The position numbers were made by a program, and so were the translations under genes. From Monocercomonoides exilis PA203 (taxonomy: Eukaryota > Protista > Preaxostyla): a stretch of DNA of 64,000 nt. Of this stretch, positions 36,701 through 46,927 are shown piece after piece. Where the stretch lies: contig LSRY02000030.1 of the NCBI GenBank assembly GCA_001643675.2, positions 1 through 64,000 on the forward strand, given 5' to 3'. Within the stretch, counting starts at the first letter, position 1. Each line of letters starts with the position of its first letter. The notes below the pieces were generated by a model. The model was not told where the DNA came from. It did no database searches and saw only the letters and a program-made list of their open reading frames with translations.

Positions 36701-38026
36701 TTCCAGTTCTGAAGAAGAAAGCCTTTCGAGAATCTTAACAAGAAAATCTTGTCCGTAATTCATAAGCATCGCGATGGTTGTGTCTGCGTGAAGAGCCGTA
36801 TGAAGCAAAATGCATCCAGTTGCTGCATCGACCAACCGAACAGGCACAGTTGCATTGCTTGTCATCGCAACAATCTCCGTTAATGGAGGACAAGTTGTAT
36901 GAGATTTGGAGTACTCCAAAATAGCAGATGAATTTTGATGCATAACAGCAAGTGGCTTTGTTGGATTAATGACAATGGGAATTTTATCGATAGCTTCAAT
37001 TGCAGAGTCAGTTTCATTTGTCGAAACAAACTCGACAACAAGTGAGACAGATAAATAGTCCTCTAAACCAGAAAGTGGAGAGGAAGATACGAGAGAATAA
37101 ACAAGCTTGTCTCGATTTGATATCCAGTCTAACACAATAGGAGAAGGTATTAACGAAAACACAGCTGAAGAAACAGTTCTGTCTGTCATTGGTGACTGCT
37201 CATCAATTGGCTTCAGAATGTAAACAATGCTCCAAACCATTCGATTGATAAGATCTAAAACAGATGAATCTGAAGGGTTCGCTGCTTGTGAAGTTGAATT
37301 TGAATTATCAGAAGAGGCTTCAGATAATGATTTTTGTAAAATCCTTTTTGCAGTAAGAATTGCCACATCCTCAAGCGTGGTCATTGATTTTGAAATTTTG
37401 AATGAAATTGAAGGAAGACATTGCGGGTGAGGTGCTGGAAGATCTGATAAACGATGAGAAGAAGATTTAACATCAGAACTTGAAGATTTATTCTTTGAGA
37501 AATCATCAAAAATACAAAAATGGTGAGGATAAATGCTAATCTTATAACTAGAAGACCAAGAGGGAAGAAGAGGGGATATATTTCCACCTTTCACTTCATT
37601 TTTGTATTTTGTCAATCTTTCTGAGTTTCTGTCTTGAATATTTTCTTTATCTCCTTTAACTATTGATTGAATAAATTGTTTCGCATTTAAATTAGAGTCT
37701 TCCTTTGAGAAACCTTCTTTTTGCAGCATTATCTCTACAGATCGATTGCCGAAATGCGGTTCAGGAGGATAAAATAAATCTTCTGGCAAAGATAACTCGG
37801 GCTTCAATGACGTGTGTGGCTGCTCAGTTGTTTGCATTTTTGTTGTAGAACTTTTTTTGATTTCAGAAGAAAGCTCCTTTGATTTATCCACATGCGGATT
37901 ACCGAGAACAAATAAGGTTAAGATGGAATCATCGGATAAATCCGTTGAAGACTCTTCAAACAAATATTTTAATCTATTTCTCCTTGAAGAAGAGTTAGAT
38001 CCATTTTTATGACAATTGCAATTCAT
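33785..38026 (-). CDS. Hypothetical protein (>=1413 aa); 5' end uncertain, may contain ubiquitin-like folds
   Basis: Long uninterrupted ORF. The repeated motif R(L/F)VDAATG is followed by segments resembling UBL strand-helix patterns (weak). Confidence 0.8.
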   Translation of the reverse strand: MNCNCHKNGSNSSSRRNRLKYLFEESSTDLSDDSILTLFVLGNPHVDKSKELSSEIKKSSTTKMQTTEQPHTSLKPELSLPEDLFYPPEPHFGNRSVEIMLQKEGFSKEDSNLNAKQFIQSIVKGDKENIQDRNSERLTKYKNEVKGGNISPLLPSWSSSYKISIYPHHFCIFDDFSKNKSSSSDVKSSSHRLSDLPAPHPQCLPSISFKISKSMTTLEDVAILTAKRILQKSLSEASSDNSNSTSQAANPSDSSVLDLINRMVWSIVYILKPIDEQSPMTDRTVSSAVFSLIPSPIVLDWISNRDKLVYSLVSSSPLSGLEDYLSVSLVVEFVSTNETDSAIEAIDKIPIVINPTKPLAVMHQNSSAILEYSKSHTTCPPLTEIVAMTSNATVPVRLVDAATGCILLHTALHADTTIAMLMNYGQDFLVKILERLSSSELERSKWKQQISSAKLKEQSECYLRLLSDKGVCVHLVMDPEEDAEKFLDPRLKLSSFACLARNRFLFSSLRKEQNDCTHTQTCCPTFYLRRWPPGSLCSVRLRLFSPSALLFRDSSVLVGRRPLFKGIQLPEGTDTTRLWVDIGKVVLPSPAEEENSILKLILNCEEDTASGCSSSLLFRHWTQFLFAQAHSSLVKTSLLMSVVCQVQELCSLFASRKAKGEDSSMTIFREVFGAQKSHLDSRPGSLHTSFESLEKERAEFLCRRFVVPLEDEDDQTSSPSSSSSSSSTPVLIPSGTSSPSCSDSSKKPVTSEDPLRLSAFQSQLIKDSLYFSRRGSFSALSLGNSSTFNKLNEEWANFGLINNWREIRIRREVLTQTVAEPLNGRIAEDDEVTTMIKGDISQASLMTRLVDEVASEYFKVPDKETIAQVENVIKMQKSRIEEKKQKKLNEEGKNCESSLNGKGDDETITRKQRPVDVLNEWIFPSETGKQEEHITENDIRWVVGFDRTIYKKCNNEYKMNVSESNNEVGCEETQEKGKSRAKEILKGDSIVGECCSDEDSIELLSYLPSDDPVNVLSLPPPTAINPFSDSHSHFSDDNDKDKDNNPFAISLQIVPKNAPKATPENVLFCIRFVDAATGRGSTLHELSLPLSTTGEEFIQTVLSILLKKDIPKEKRASDSEYAKSLRWLKKYQDGRTKWVDSLEKLVLPEDLSEEGRLQGESGSSVRDSKSSQGEREAVDEWCSPCVVEFVDTDLLEDAMSSPVWAANCLNERKGNESDTDDTSSFDKESADDSSLDEQDESLSNPYFRPFLMEMTNCSFCIESVYGDIGLDCDVEENAVDQQENAPQQQQETSEITEGIDESNSRKSNSKDGIIEEGDKISTGQNSSSQLFSAEKESNYLSKKKKDVTRLEYWLEVDKMRRKNNCSNNSSFSVQKQMQFFSEIQKSSVNSISSNISIADILKSSGRIIHISAV

Positions 38027-38629
38027 GCTTTTGAGATTTTTGTTTGAGATAAATTTATTGAAATGGATGGAAAAAATATTTCTAAAAATATTTGTTATGG
38101 TCCATAATGAAAATGTTCGTCATAGTTTTTTGATATCATCAAACGGTTATTCAAGAATACAATAGGGAATTGATAATTCCATTTTTGTCATTTAAATATT
38201 GCGCTAATCTGTTCGCATTCAGAAAAATACAAAAAAAAGAAATCTGAAAAAGATAAAAAATAACAAATGTTCAATGATAATGACAAATAATAATCTGCAC
38301 TCTTCAAAAAGATAACTTTTTTGGTATTTTAGAACATTTATTAACATTTTGCAATATATTTATGGAAGCCAATTGACAATTTCTTTTCTTTTATATGAAT
38401 TTTCATCCACAAAATGAAAATGACATTGAAAAGGAAATAATTATGATTATAATAATAAAAAATTAATCAAATAATGCAAAACACAAACGAAAACAGTCAA
38501 ATATGACTATTAACATTAAAATGCACAAATAGATTGAAAAAATACACACACACAAAAATTAATTTCTTCACAAATATTTTTGTATTTATTTAGATATTTT
38601 ATATATATTTTTCACTTTATCAATGAAAA

Positions 38630-41600
38630 TTAACTAATAATCTTGCAATGAGAAGATATATCTCTTGGAACCAAACAAGATTCTGAGTACAAGCAAGGAA
38701 ACTCTTCTGCTTCAGATGATCGAAGCTGCACATAAAGAGGAGTGGAACTTGTTAGTTTCACTCTCAATTGGGATAGAATGCAATGAGAAGGATCTTTCTC
38801 TTTCTCTATTTCATTATTATTATTATGATTATTATTATTATAATTTTCTTTATTATCTTCTTCTTCTTCTTCTTCAATATAATTATTATCTTCTTTATTA
38901 TTGTTAACTTTATTATTATCATCTTTATTATCTTTATTATCTTTATTATCTTTATCTTTATTATCATCAATATCATCATCCTTCCACATATTCCAATCGT
39001 CCAATGAAGCAATTGGCACAAGACCAGATGCATCTGCCAAGCAAATGCGAATGAGAGGAACAAGAATATTCAGAAGCACTTCATCTGGCAACTCTCCTTT
39101 TGAATGCTGTGAAAGAGAAAGAGAAGAAGATGAAGAAGAAGAAGAAGAAGAAGAAGAAGAAGAAGAAGATCGAGAAGAAGAAGGAGAAGAAGGAGGAAGA
39201 AGAAGAAGAGAAGGAGGAGAAGAACGAGAAGGAGGAGAAGGACAAACAGAAGAGCATTGAGAAAGAAGCAATTTGATAGATTCCTGTGAAAGAAGAGAAG
39301 AAGATAGCAGATGAGAAATGTATAGCTTGAGATCTAACAGCGTTGTGCTGGTCAAATCAACAGGCACACTCACAAAACGAGATTGAGTCGGAAGAGTTAA
39401 TCGAAGGCTGACGAAAGAAGGATGAGGATGAAGAAGATGAAGCAGAACTGGATGGGTTTTGAGATGCTTCCCTGTTGATGATGATGATGTTGTTGAAGAA
39501 GATGAAGAAGTGTTAGAAGAAGAAGAAGATGCTGATGATAACGATGCTACTGCTTCTAATTCCCTCTCCATCTCTTTCTCCAAAATGTTGTTGAAGTTGA
39601 TGAGTTTCATTCGGAATGTGTTCGGAATCAAAATTGAATCATCTGGCAATGCCACAACTGTTGCTGTGGTTGACAATTCTTGTTCGGCGCTCAAAAATTG
39701 ATCAGAATCCCTCTCATATTCTTCTCTTTCCTTTTTATTCTTCCTCTCTTTTTCTTTTTCTTTCTCTCTCTCCTCTTTCTCCTTCTCCTTTTCCTTCTCT
39801 TTCTCTTTCATTCCTTCTCCTGTCGGCGCAACAACTCTTCGATACACCAACACAGTTGCATAAACAGGAGAAGCGAAATTGAGTGAAGGTAGTTGAGTCA
39901 TATTCGATTCAGATGATTGATCAGATGATGTTTCTGAAGAAGAAGAAGAAGAAGAAGAAGATGATGATGATGATGACACAGAAGAAGAAGAAGAAGAATT
40001 AACTGAAGAAGAATTTGAAGAAGAAGAAATATGCCCATGTGAATAGCAATATTCTTCACTCTTCTGAATCTCCGAGAAACGAGCAGCAGAAATGTTGTCT
40101 TTAGAGCCAAAAGTGAGCTCAATGTCTGAGTCATTCAGAACATCACTCACTTTCCCCTCTGAAACACACACCCAACTCAATGGCGATTCCCTCTCTGCCC
40201 ACAAAACTGGATCATAAAGTTGTTCTTTTTCTTCTTTTTCTTCTCCTTCTCCTTCTTCTCCTTCTCCTTCTTCAATTCCTTCTCTTTCTCTTCCTTCTCC
40301 TTCTTCGTATTTTTCCTTTCCTTCTTTATCATCTCCTGAATTAGATGACTCATTCGCTCTTTCTCCTTCCATTCTATTCAATTTCTCCTTCCTCTGCTTC
40401 TTCGCAAGAACATCTCTGAACACGTCATCATTCACAACTGGATGCTTTACACGCTCAAATATCACTGGAGAGGAACAAAAACAGCTGCTGTTATTGAATA
40501 CACCTTGTTCTGCTTCAGATTCCATTGCATTTTGGTTTCTTTTCTGTTTGTGTGAAATTCCCTCTGAATATTTGGTGGATGACTGAGCTATAACTGATTG
40601 TAGAACATAAATGCTGTCTTCATAGGACTCTTTATCATCATCACCTTCTTCTTCTTCCTTCGCTTCTTCTTCTCTTTCCTCTTTTTCTTCACCTTTTTCT
40701 TTTTCTTTTTCTTCTTCTTCTTCTTTTTCATTTTCATCTTCTGAAGATAGTTCTTCTTTTAATGCCTCCTTCAAATAGAACCTTCCAACCCAATCATCCA
40801 CATTCTCCTTCTCTTCCCTCTCAATAACCCCAACCAACCCTTCTTTCTGTACTTTCCCTGGTTTCTTCTTTGTGTCTATGTATTGTGCCATGTTGAGTGT
40901 GTGCGGGAATGCAAAGTAATCTTCACAAAACTCTCTTCTTTCCCACTCATTCACTGGCTGAAAGACAGAACTCTTCATAGAAGTCATTCGAGAAACAGAA
41001 GAAGGAGAAACAGTAGAAAAAGAAACAGAAGAAGAAGAAGAAGAAGAAGAAGAAGAAGAAGAAGAAGATTTTGAAGCAGAAAGCATTCGAAGAGAAGGAT
41101 TCAGATCATCGTCGTCTGTTCTCTTAATCACAAACACCACATTGCTCCCCACACTCAACAGCCTCATCTGATGGATGGTGAATCCACTGCTGCATTTGCA
41201 CAGAGAAGGAAACAATGAAGGATTTGGTGACTGTTCATTTGATTTTGAATTAGAATTGGTATTGGAAGAAGGAGAAGAAGAAGGAAGAGAATGATTTGAA
41301 GAAGAAGAAGAAGAAGTTGAAAAGGGATAAAATGAAGAGTAAGCATTTGCACCAGATTGAATGTTGCGTGTCGATCGTGTGGAAGAATGCTGTGGAAGTG
41401 TTGGCTGAGGCTGTGCTGATGGCAATTGGCTGTTGAGACCAGGAAGACCAAACTTAGAGAAGCTTGATAAACAGGCAGATGATGATGAAGAAGAGGAAGA
41501 AGAGGAGGAAGAAGAGGAGGAAGAGGAAGAGGAAGAGGAAGAGGAAGAAGAAGAAGATGATGATGATGAAGGAAACATCTGCGCACACGACACATTCATA

Positions 41601-43540
41601 TTCACATCCTGATACACAGACGGCGGAGCAATCACAGTGCCACTCTGTTTTGATGCAGCAATCGCTGTTTTTCTCTTCTCCTTCGACACCATCGCTATAG
41701 AGGAGGTGTACATCCTGTGTGCATACAAAGGCAGGCGGTGGGTGTTGGCGTATGCTCTTTCCTGGCAGAAGAGGAACGACAGAAACGAGTCCAGAGTGCA
41801 TTTCACAGCCGCCTCGTCACCAGCTGTCTGCCTTCCCTTCGCACTTCCGCTCACAAACCACTTGCGGAAGAGCGAAGGAGCAAAGGGCAGCTCAACAAAG
41901 GGCAGCGAATGGACACTGCGATGCACAGCACCACAGCAGGTGCAGGTGAGAGAGACTTCGACTGTGACAGAGACAGAAGAGTCACAGGAGGGATGAGGAA
42001 TAACAATGGAGGAGGAATCGAAAAGGGCCTTCAGCATTCGATTGGGTGGTTGAACGGTTTGCGTTGTTGGTTGAGATTGTGGAAGTTGTTGAAGTTGTTG
42101 AATTTGCTCATTTTTGTGAGTCTGCTGGCTTTGGAGTGTAAGAAAAGCTTTCTTTTCCTTGTTCCGCTGAAGAACAGCGCATTCGCATATGACTCCAAGA
42201 AAGAAAGTGAAAAGGCGCTCAAAAACACAAAATTGCTGTGGAATTCTGTTTGAAGGCGATGCAGCTGATGATAAAGTGTCCTTGTGAAGTGGGGTGCTTG
42301 AAGGAAACTGTGCAGAAGAAGAAGAAGAGGAAGAGGAAGAGGAAGAAGAAGCTGTGCTTGAAGAGCCTTCCAACAAGCTGATGAGTGGCTGTAGCGGCAA
42401 GCGTGGGTGGACAGAGAGAGTGGAGAGGAGACACAGCATCTGCAGTTGCATCACAATCATTTCTGATCGCCTTCGCTTTGGAAAGTGAAATGAGGGGTCT
42501 GATGAATCATCTTTGGTTGGCTTTGCTATTGAAGCGACTGTGGGGGATGAGGAGGAAGAGAGATATTCCTGAAGCAGGTCGCAGTATGTTTTGGCATGCG
42601 ATTTAGACAAAGAAACCTGGCATTCTGATAATCCAAAGTCATGAGAAAGAAGATAACGTCTAACACATGGCAATGAGAAAAGCACATGCAGAACCGATGG
42701 AATAAGCGAATATGCTTCAATGTTGCATTGAGGTATTCCCTTTTTCATTTGCGCAGTACTTGAAGGTAGAAAAAATATGCAAGGATGATTGTGAGTCCGT
42801 CTTTGAATTTTTGTCAAGCAATTGAAAGAAATTTTTTCCATAGTGAAGCAAATGCCTTGTCTATTTTTATTTGGTATTTTTGGAACATCAGATGAATTGA
42901 ATTGTTCAAGGATGCTACCACGTTTGACTGATTCATGATTTGAAGGCATATGCTCATCTGATTGCATTTTCGCTTCTTGAAATTGCGTCCTAAAAGTGGA
43001 TGGAAGCAAATTGAAATACTTTTGGTTTGCATTTTTAATTTCGTTTACATATTTTCTGTAATCATACGGTAAAGATTCCTTGTCCATCGTTGATAGAAAA
43101 TTGTTGTAATAATCTGGATTAAGTCCGAAAAGAAGGTAATGACATTTTAAAATTATACTTTTTCTGATGTCACTATAACGTAAATTTTGTTGAGAAAGTA
43201 TAATATGCTTAAATATTTCTCTTAAAGATCGAGTTTTCCAGAGAAAACAACGTATTTGTGGAGCATCTTTCAATTGAACTTCTGGGCTTTTAAGAGCAGG
43301 TTCCATGCAACGCTTATATAAAATAGACATCATTTGAAAGAAATATGCATTTTCTTCCGAAATTGAATCTTTGTTAAACGACACAACATTAAAGTCCGTT
43401 TCATATTGCAAAGTTCGAAGCACAACACTCAGTTGTGTGGGCTCTGTATAACCTTGTGAATTTGCCACTTGGGCCAGCTTTTCTATAATTTCCGAAAAGT
43501 TTAAAGCTGATAAGTGACAGTTTCCAAAATTTTCTGACAT
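38630..43540 (-). CDS. USP (peptidase C19)-like protein with degenerate catalytic motifs, 1636 aa
   Basis: USP boxes in order: GIPQ..YSLIPSVLHVLFSLPCVRRYL, CTCCG, LPFVELP, VVFVIKR, FAFPHTLNMAQY, YVLQSVIAQ, WVCVSEGKV, ATVLVYRR, interrupted by poly-Ser/Glu inserts. Confidence 0.75.
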   Translation of the reverse strand: MSENFGNCHLSALNFSEIIEKLAQVANSQGYTEPTQLSVVLRTLQYETDFNVVSFNKDSISEENAYFFQMMSILYKRCMEPALKSPEVQLKDAPQIRCFLWKTRSLREIFKHIILSQQNLRYSDIRKSIILKCHYLLFGLNPDYYNNFLSTMDKESLPYDYRKYVNEIKNANQKYFNLLPSTFRTQFQEAKMQSDEHMPSNHESVKRGSILEQFNSSDVPKIPNKNRQGICFTMEKISFNCLTKIQRRTHNHPCIFFLPSSTAQMKKGIPQCNIEAYSLIPSVLHVLFSLPCVRRYLLSHDFGLSECQVSLSKSHAKTYCDLLQEYLSSSSSPTVASIAKPTKDDSSDPSFHFPKRRRSEMIVMQLQMLCLLSTLSVHPRLPLQPLISLLEGSSSTASSSSSSSSSSSSAQFPSSTPLHKDTLSSAASPSNRIPQQFCVFERLFTFFLGVICECAVLQRNKEKKAFLTLQSQQTHKNEQIQQLQQLPQSQPTTQTVQPPNRMLKALFDSSSIVIPHPSCDSSVSVTVEVSLTCTCCGAVHRSVHSLPFVELPFAPSLFRKWFVSGSAKGRQTAGDEAAVKCTLDSFLSFLFCQERAYANTHRLPLYAHRMYTSSIAMVSKEKRKTAIAASKQSGTVIAPPSVYQDVNMNVSCAQMFPSSSSSSSSSSSSSSSSSSSSSSSSSSSSSSSACLSSFSKFGLPGLNSQLPSAQPQPTLPQHSSTRSTRNIQSGANAYSSFYPFSTSSSSSSNHSLPSSSPSSNTNSNSKSNEQSPNPSLFPSLCKCSSGFTIHQMRLLSVGSNVVFVIKRTDDDDLNPSLRMLSASKSSSSSSSSSSSSSSVSFSTVSPSSVSRMTSMKSSVFQPVNEWERREFCEDYFAFPHTLNMAQYIDTKKKPGKVQKEGLVGVIEREEKENVDDWVGRFYLKEALKEELSSEDENEKEEEEEKEKEKGEEKEEREEEAKEEEEGDDDKESYEDSIYVLQSVIAQSSTKYSEGISHKQKRNQNAMESEAEQGVFNNSSCFCSSPVIFERVKHPVVNDDVFRDVLAKKQRKEKLNRMEGERANESSNSGDDKEGKEKYEEGEGREREGIEEGEGEEGEGEEKEEKEQLYDPVLWAERESPLSWVCVSEGKVSDVLNDSDIELTFGSKDNISAARFSEIQKSEEYCYSHGHISSSSNSSSVNSSSSSSVSSSSSSSSSSSSSSETSSDQSSESNMTQLPSLNFASPVYATVLVYRRVVAPTGEGMKEKEKEKEKEKEEREKEKEKERKNKKEREEYERDSDQFLSAEQELSTTATVVALPDDSILIPNTFRMKLINFNNILEKEMERELEAVASLSSASSSSSNTSSSSSTTSSSSTGKHLKTHPVLLHLLHPHPSFVSLRLTLPTQSRFVSVPVDLTSTTLLDLKLYISHLLSSSLLSQESIKLLLSQCSSVCPSPPSRSSPPSLLLLPPSSPSSSRSSSSSSSSSSSSSSSSLSLSQHSKGELPDEVLLNILVPLIRICLADASGLVPIASLDDWNMWKDDDIDDNKDKDNKDNKDNKDDNNKVNNNKEDNNYIEEEEEEDNKENYNNNNHNNNNEIEKEKDPSHCILSQLRVKLTSSTPLYVQLRSSEAEEFPCLYSESCLVPRDISSHCKIIS

Positions 43541-43784
43541 AATTAATTTGTTATGGCTTCTATCAATTCAAATGGGGCAAAATTTTATAACGTATGAAAA
43601 AAACTCAAATTTGTTCCAATTTTTTTCTCCACCGTGTCATAATCAGTCTAACATTCCCAAACAAAATAATAAAAAAAATGATAAAAAATCGTGAACAATA
43701 AAAGAAATGAGTAAGTGGAACAATATTCATAAGGCAAAAAATTTCTTCCCAATTGAAACATTCTTCCTCTCTCTCTCTCTCTCT

Positions 43785-43876
<92 letters not shown>

Positions 43877-44550
43877 AGAAAAAAAAATATTATTAATTAA
43901 ATTAAATTAAAAATATCGAAATTCGACATGTGTTTGTAATTAGTAGTTGTAAATCTATTCATTATCATGATGTTTTTGACACTTCAAAACAATTGACATG
44001 TTTGATTCTGCAGCTTTGCATATTGTGAAATTTCATCTCTTCAGGATTGTTGACTCCACCACTATGCAAATAAAACAAAAACTTTATTTCAAAAACGAAA
44101 AATTTATCCAATTGGGACAAAATTTTTGACAACAGGCATTTTTATTGAATAATGATGCACTTCAGATAAATTTTTTGTGAACAAAAATTTTGGAAAATAT
44201 TGGTTCATATTTCGATATATGTATGAGGTCACAAAACATTATGTCATTACTTCAATAACATTTGCATATTTATGTGAAAATCAAATTTATTTTGAAATCT
44301 GATTAAATTTAAAAAAGTTATAAGTGAAACAAAAATTTTATGCTTTATTTAAAAAAAGCTTGAAGGTCCATATTATCCCACAATTGAAAATAAAAATGTG
44401 TTCGTTGAAATTTTTTGAAACAAACAAAAAAAATTTTTTTCTTCAAAATTTGTTCCATCGAATCTTAATAGTGAGAAAGATGTTTTAAGATAATTTATAA
44501 AAAATTAAAGAGAATATTTTTGAAATCACAACTACACCATTTACACCATT

Positions 44551-44680
44551 TATTATTCAAATTTGGTAAACTTATTATTCAAAATTGGTCAACTAATTAT
44601 TCAAAATTAATAAACGAATTATTCGATTTTGGCAAACTAATTATTCAAAGTTGTTAAACTAATTATTCAAAATTGTTAAA
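44551..44680 (+). repeat. Six ~22-bp tandem repeats (TAATTATTCAAAATTGGTCAAC-like), mirrored at 45044-45173
   Basis: Read directly from the sequence; the array abuts the TA preceding the element A-like end. Confidence 0.85.
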
Positions 44681-44682
44681 TA

Positions 44683-45041
44683 GTGTGTCACAAATCCGGG
44701 ACATGTAACAAATCCGGGAAAGTGCATAAATTTCAGCTTTCATAAAACTTTTCTCTCATTCATTTGTTTCAAATCAAATAAAGGAATCGTCTGAAGTTAT
44801 AAGAATTGCTTTTTTAATATTACTGTGTAAGCAAAAACAGTTTTTCTTCAGATTTCGTGTTTTAAATAAATTATGAAGAAAAACTGTTTTTGCTTACACA
44901 GTAATATTAAAAAAGCAATTCTTATAACTTCAGACGATTCCTTTATTTGATTTGAAACAAATGAATGAGAGAAAAGTTTTATGAAAGCTGAAATTTATGC
45001 ACTTTCCCGGATTTGTTACATGTCCCGGATTTGTGACACAC
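44683..45041. mobile_element. 359-bp TA-flanked MITE-like core made of two mirrored element A-family ends
   Basis: TA|GTGTGTCACAAATCCGGGACATGTAACAAATCCGGGAA matches the element A left end TA|GTGTGTAAAAAATCCGGGACGTGTCATAAACCCGGAA (3785-). Confidence 0.65.
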
Positions 45042-45847
45042 TATTTAACAATTTTGAATAATTAGTTTAACAACTTTGAATAATTAGTTTGCCAAAATCG
45101 AATAATTCGTTTATTAATTTTGAATAATTAGTTGACCAATTTTGAATAATAAGTTTACCAAATTTGAATAATAAATGGTGTAAATGGTGTAGTTGTGATT
45201 TCAAAAATATTCTCTTTAATTTTTTATAAATTATCTTAAAACATCTTTCTCACTATTAAGATTCGATGGAACAAATTTTGAAGAAAAAAATTTTTTTTGT
45301 TTGTTTCAAAAAATTTCAACGAACACATTTTTATTTTCAATTGTGGGATAATATGGACCTTCAAGCTTTTTTTAAATAAAGCATAAAATTTTTGTTTCAC
45401 TTATAACTTTTTTAAATTTAATCAGATTTCAAAATAAATTTGATTTTCACATAAATATGCAAATGTTATTGAAGTAATGACATAATGTTTTGTGACCTCA
45501 TACATATATCGAAATATGAACCAATATTTTCCAAAATTTTTGTTCACAAAAAATTTATCTGAAGTGCATCATTATTCAATAAAAATGCCTGTTGTCAAAA
45601 ATTTTGTCCCAATTGGATAAATTTTTCGTTTTTGAAATAAAGTTTTTGTTTTATTTGCATAGTGGTGGAGTCAACAATCCTGAAGAGATGAAATTTCACA
45701 ATATGCAAAGCTGCAGAATCAAACATGTCAATTGTTTTGAAGTGTCAAAAACATCATGATAATGAATAGATTTACAACTACTAATTACAAACACATGTCG
45801 AATTTCGATATTTTTAATTTAATTTAATTAATAATATTTTTTTTTCT

Positions 45848-45919
<72 letters not shown>

Positions 45920-46927
45920 AGAGAGAGAGAGAGTGAGAGTGAGAGAGAGAGAGAGAGAGATAGAAAAGAAAGAATTTGGCGGAATAAAATTCACATAGAA
46001 AAAAAAATGTCCAATAATAAATTCATTATCGTTTGAATGCCACAAAAAATGCAAACTTGTATGACACTTGTAGCGAAATATTTTCATTTTTGAAAAAACC
46101 GTGCTTTGTTCCTAACCTTTTCTCTATTTGAAAATTATTAGTCTCATATTCCCATGCATTTTTATAAAGAAAATAATGTATAATAAAGAAAAATATTAGA
46201 AATATTTGAGTGGAACAAAATTCAAAAGACAAAAAATTTCGTCCTGCTTGTTCACCTTTAATTGAAACTTTTCTGGATTTTAATTATAACAGATGCTGCA
46301 ACATTAAAAAACAAAAAAAAAAAAAAGATTAATTGTTTGAATTGTGGATTTGGAGAATAATGAATGAAAAAATAATGAAAAATAATTGCAGAAATATTCA
46401 ATTCATCAAAAATGGAAGAGAAAAATAAAAACTTACAAAAGCAAAATAAAATTCGAAAATATCAAGCGAATCTTGAAAGATAAAAATAGAACATAGCTAG
46501 ATTTAAATTACAGATTAATTTTAATTGCTCTAAAACTCTTTATCAAAGCTTTACAAGATTAAATGACGTGAAACGCAACATTCCAATATTTTAAAATATT
46601 AGTTGAAGCCTTTTTTATAATAAAGCTATTATCGCTTCATATAAGTATCATAACAGTTAATTGAGAAAAAATATAAATAATAATAAAAAATGGCAAGTTA
46701 AAATAATTGAAGAAAATAAAAATACAATAATTAGTTACCATTTTACAAAATATAAGTTTAGCGAATGATATAGGAAAAATTCACTTTTTCCTCACAAACT
46801 ATGGATTGGTAATATCTAATCAACTACCAAATGCAGAAAACGAAAACCACAAAATAAATTAAGCTGTAAAAAATTAAATTCCACAGATTTATGAAGAATT
46901 AAAAAATATATTTGCTTTTAAAACTTT

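Larger units (their letters stand above)
43767..45932. repeat. Near-perfect ~2.15-kb palindrome (arms ~1.07 kb, 23-bp spacer at 44851-44873)
   Basis: 43875-44850 is the reverse complement of 44874-45849 at every position inspected. Outer ends are (CT)n(TTTA)~23 and (TAAA)~18(GA)n. Confidence 0.95.

Noticed and set aside
44551-44680. CRISPR-like array
   Set aside because: Contiguous degenerate 22-bp units with no unique spacers, eukaryotic context and no cas genes.
43707-46087. ORFs with (FIYL)n repeats
   Set aside because: They are translations of the (TTTA)n microsatellites.
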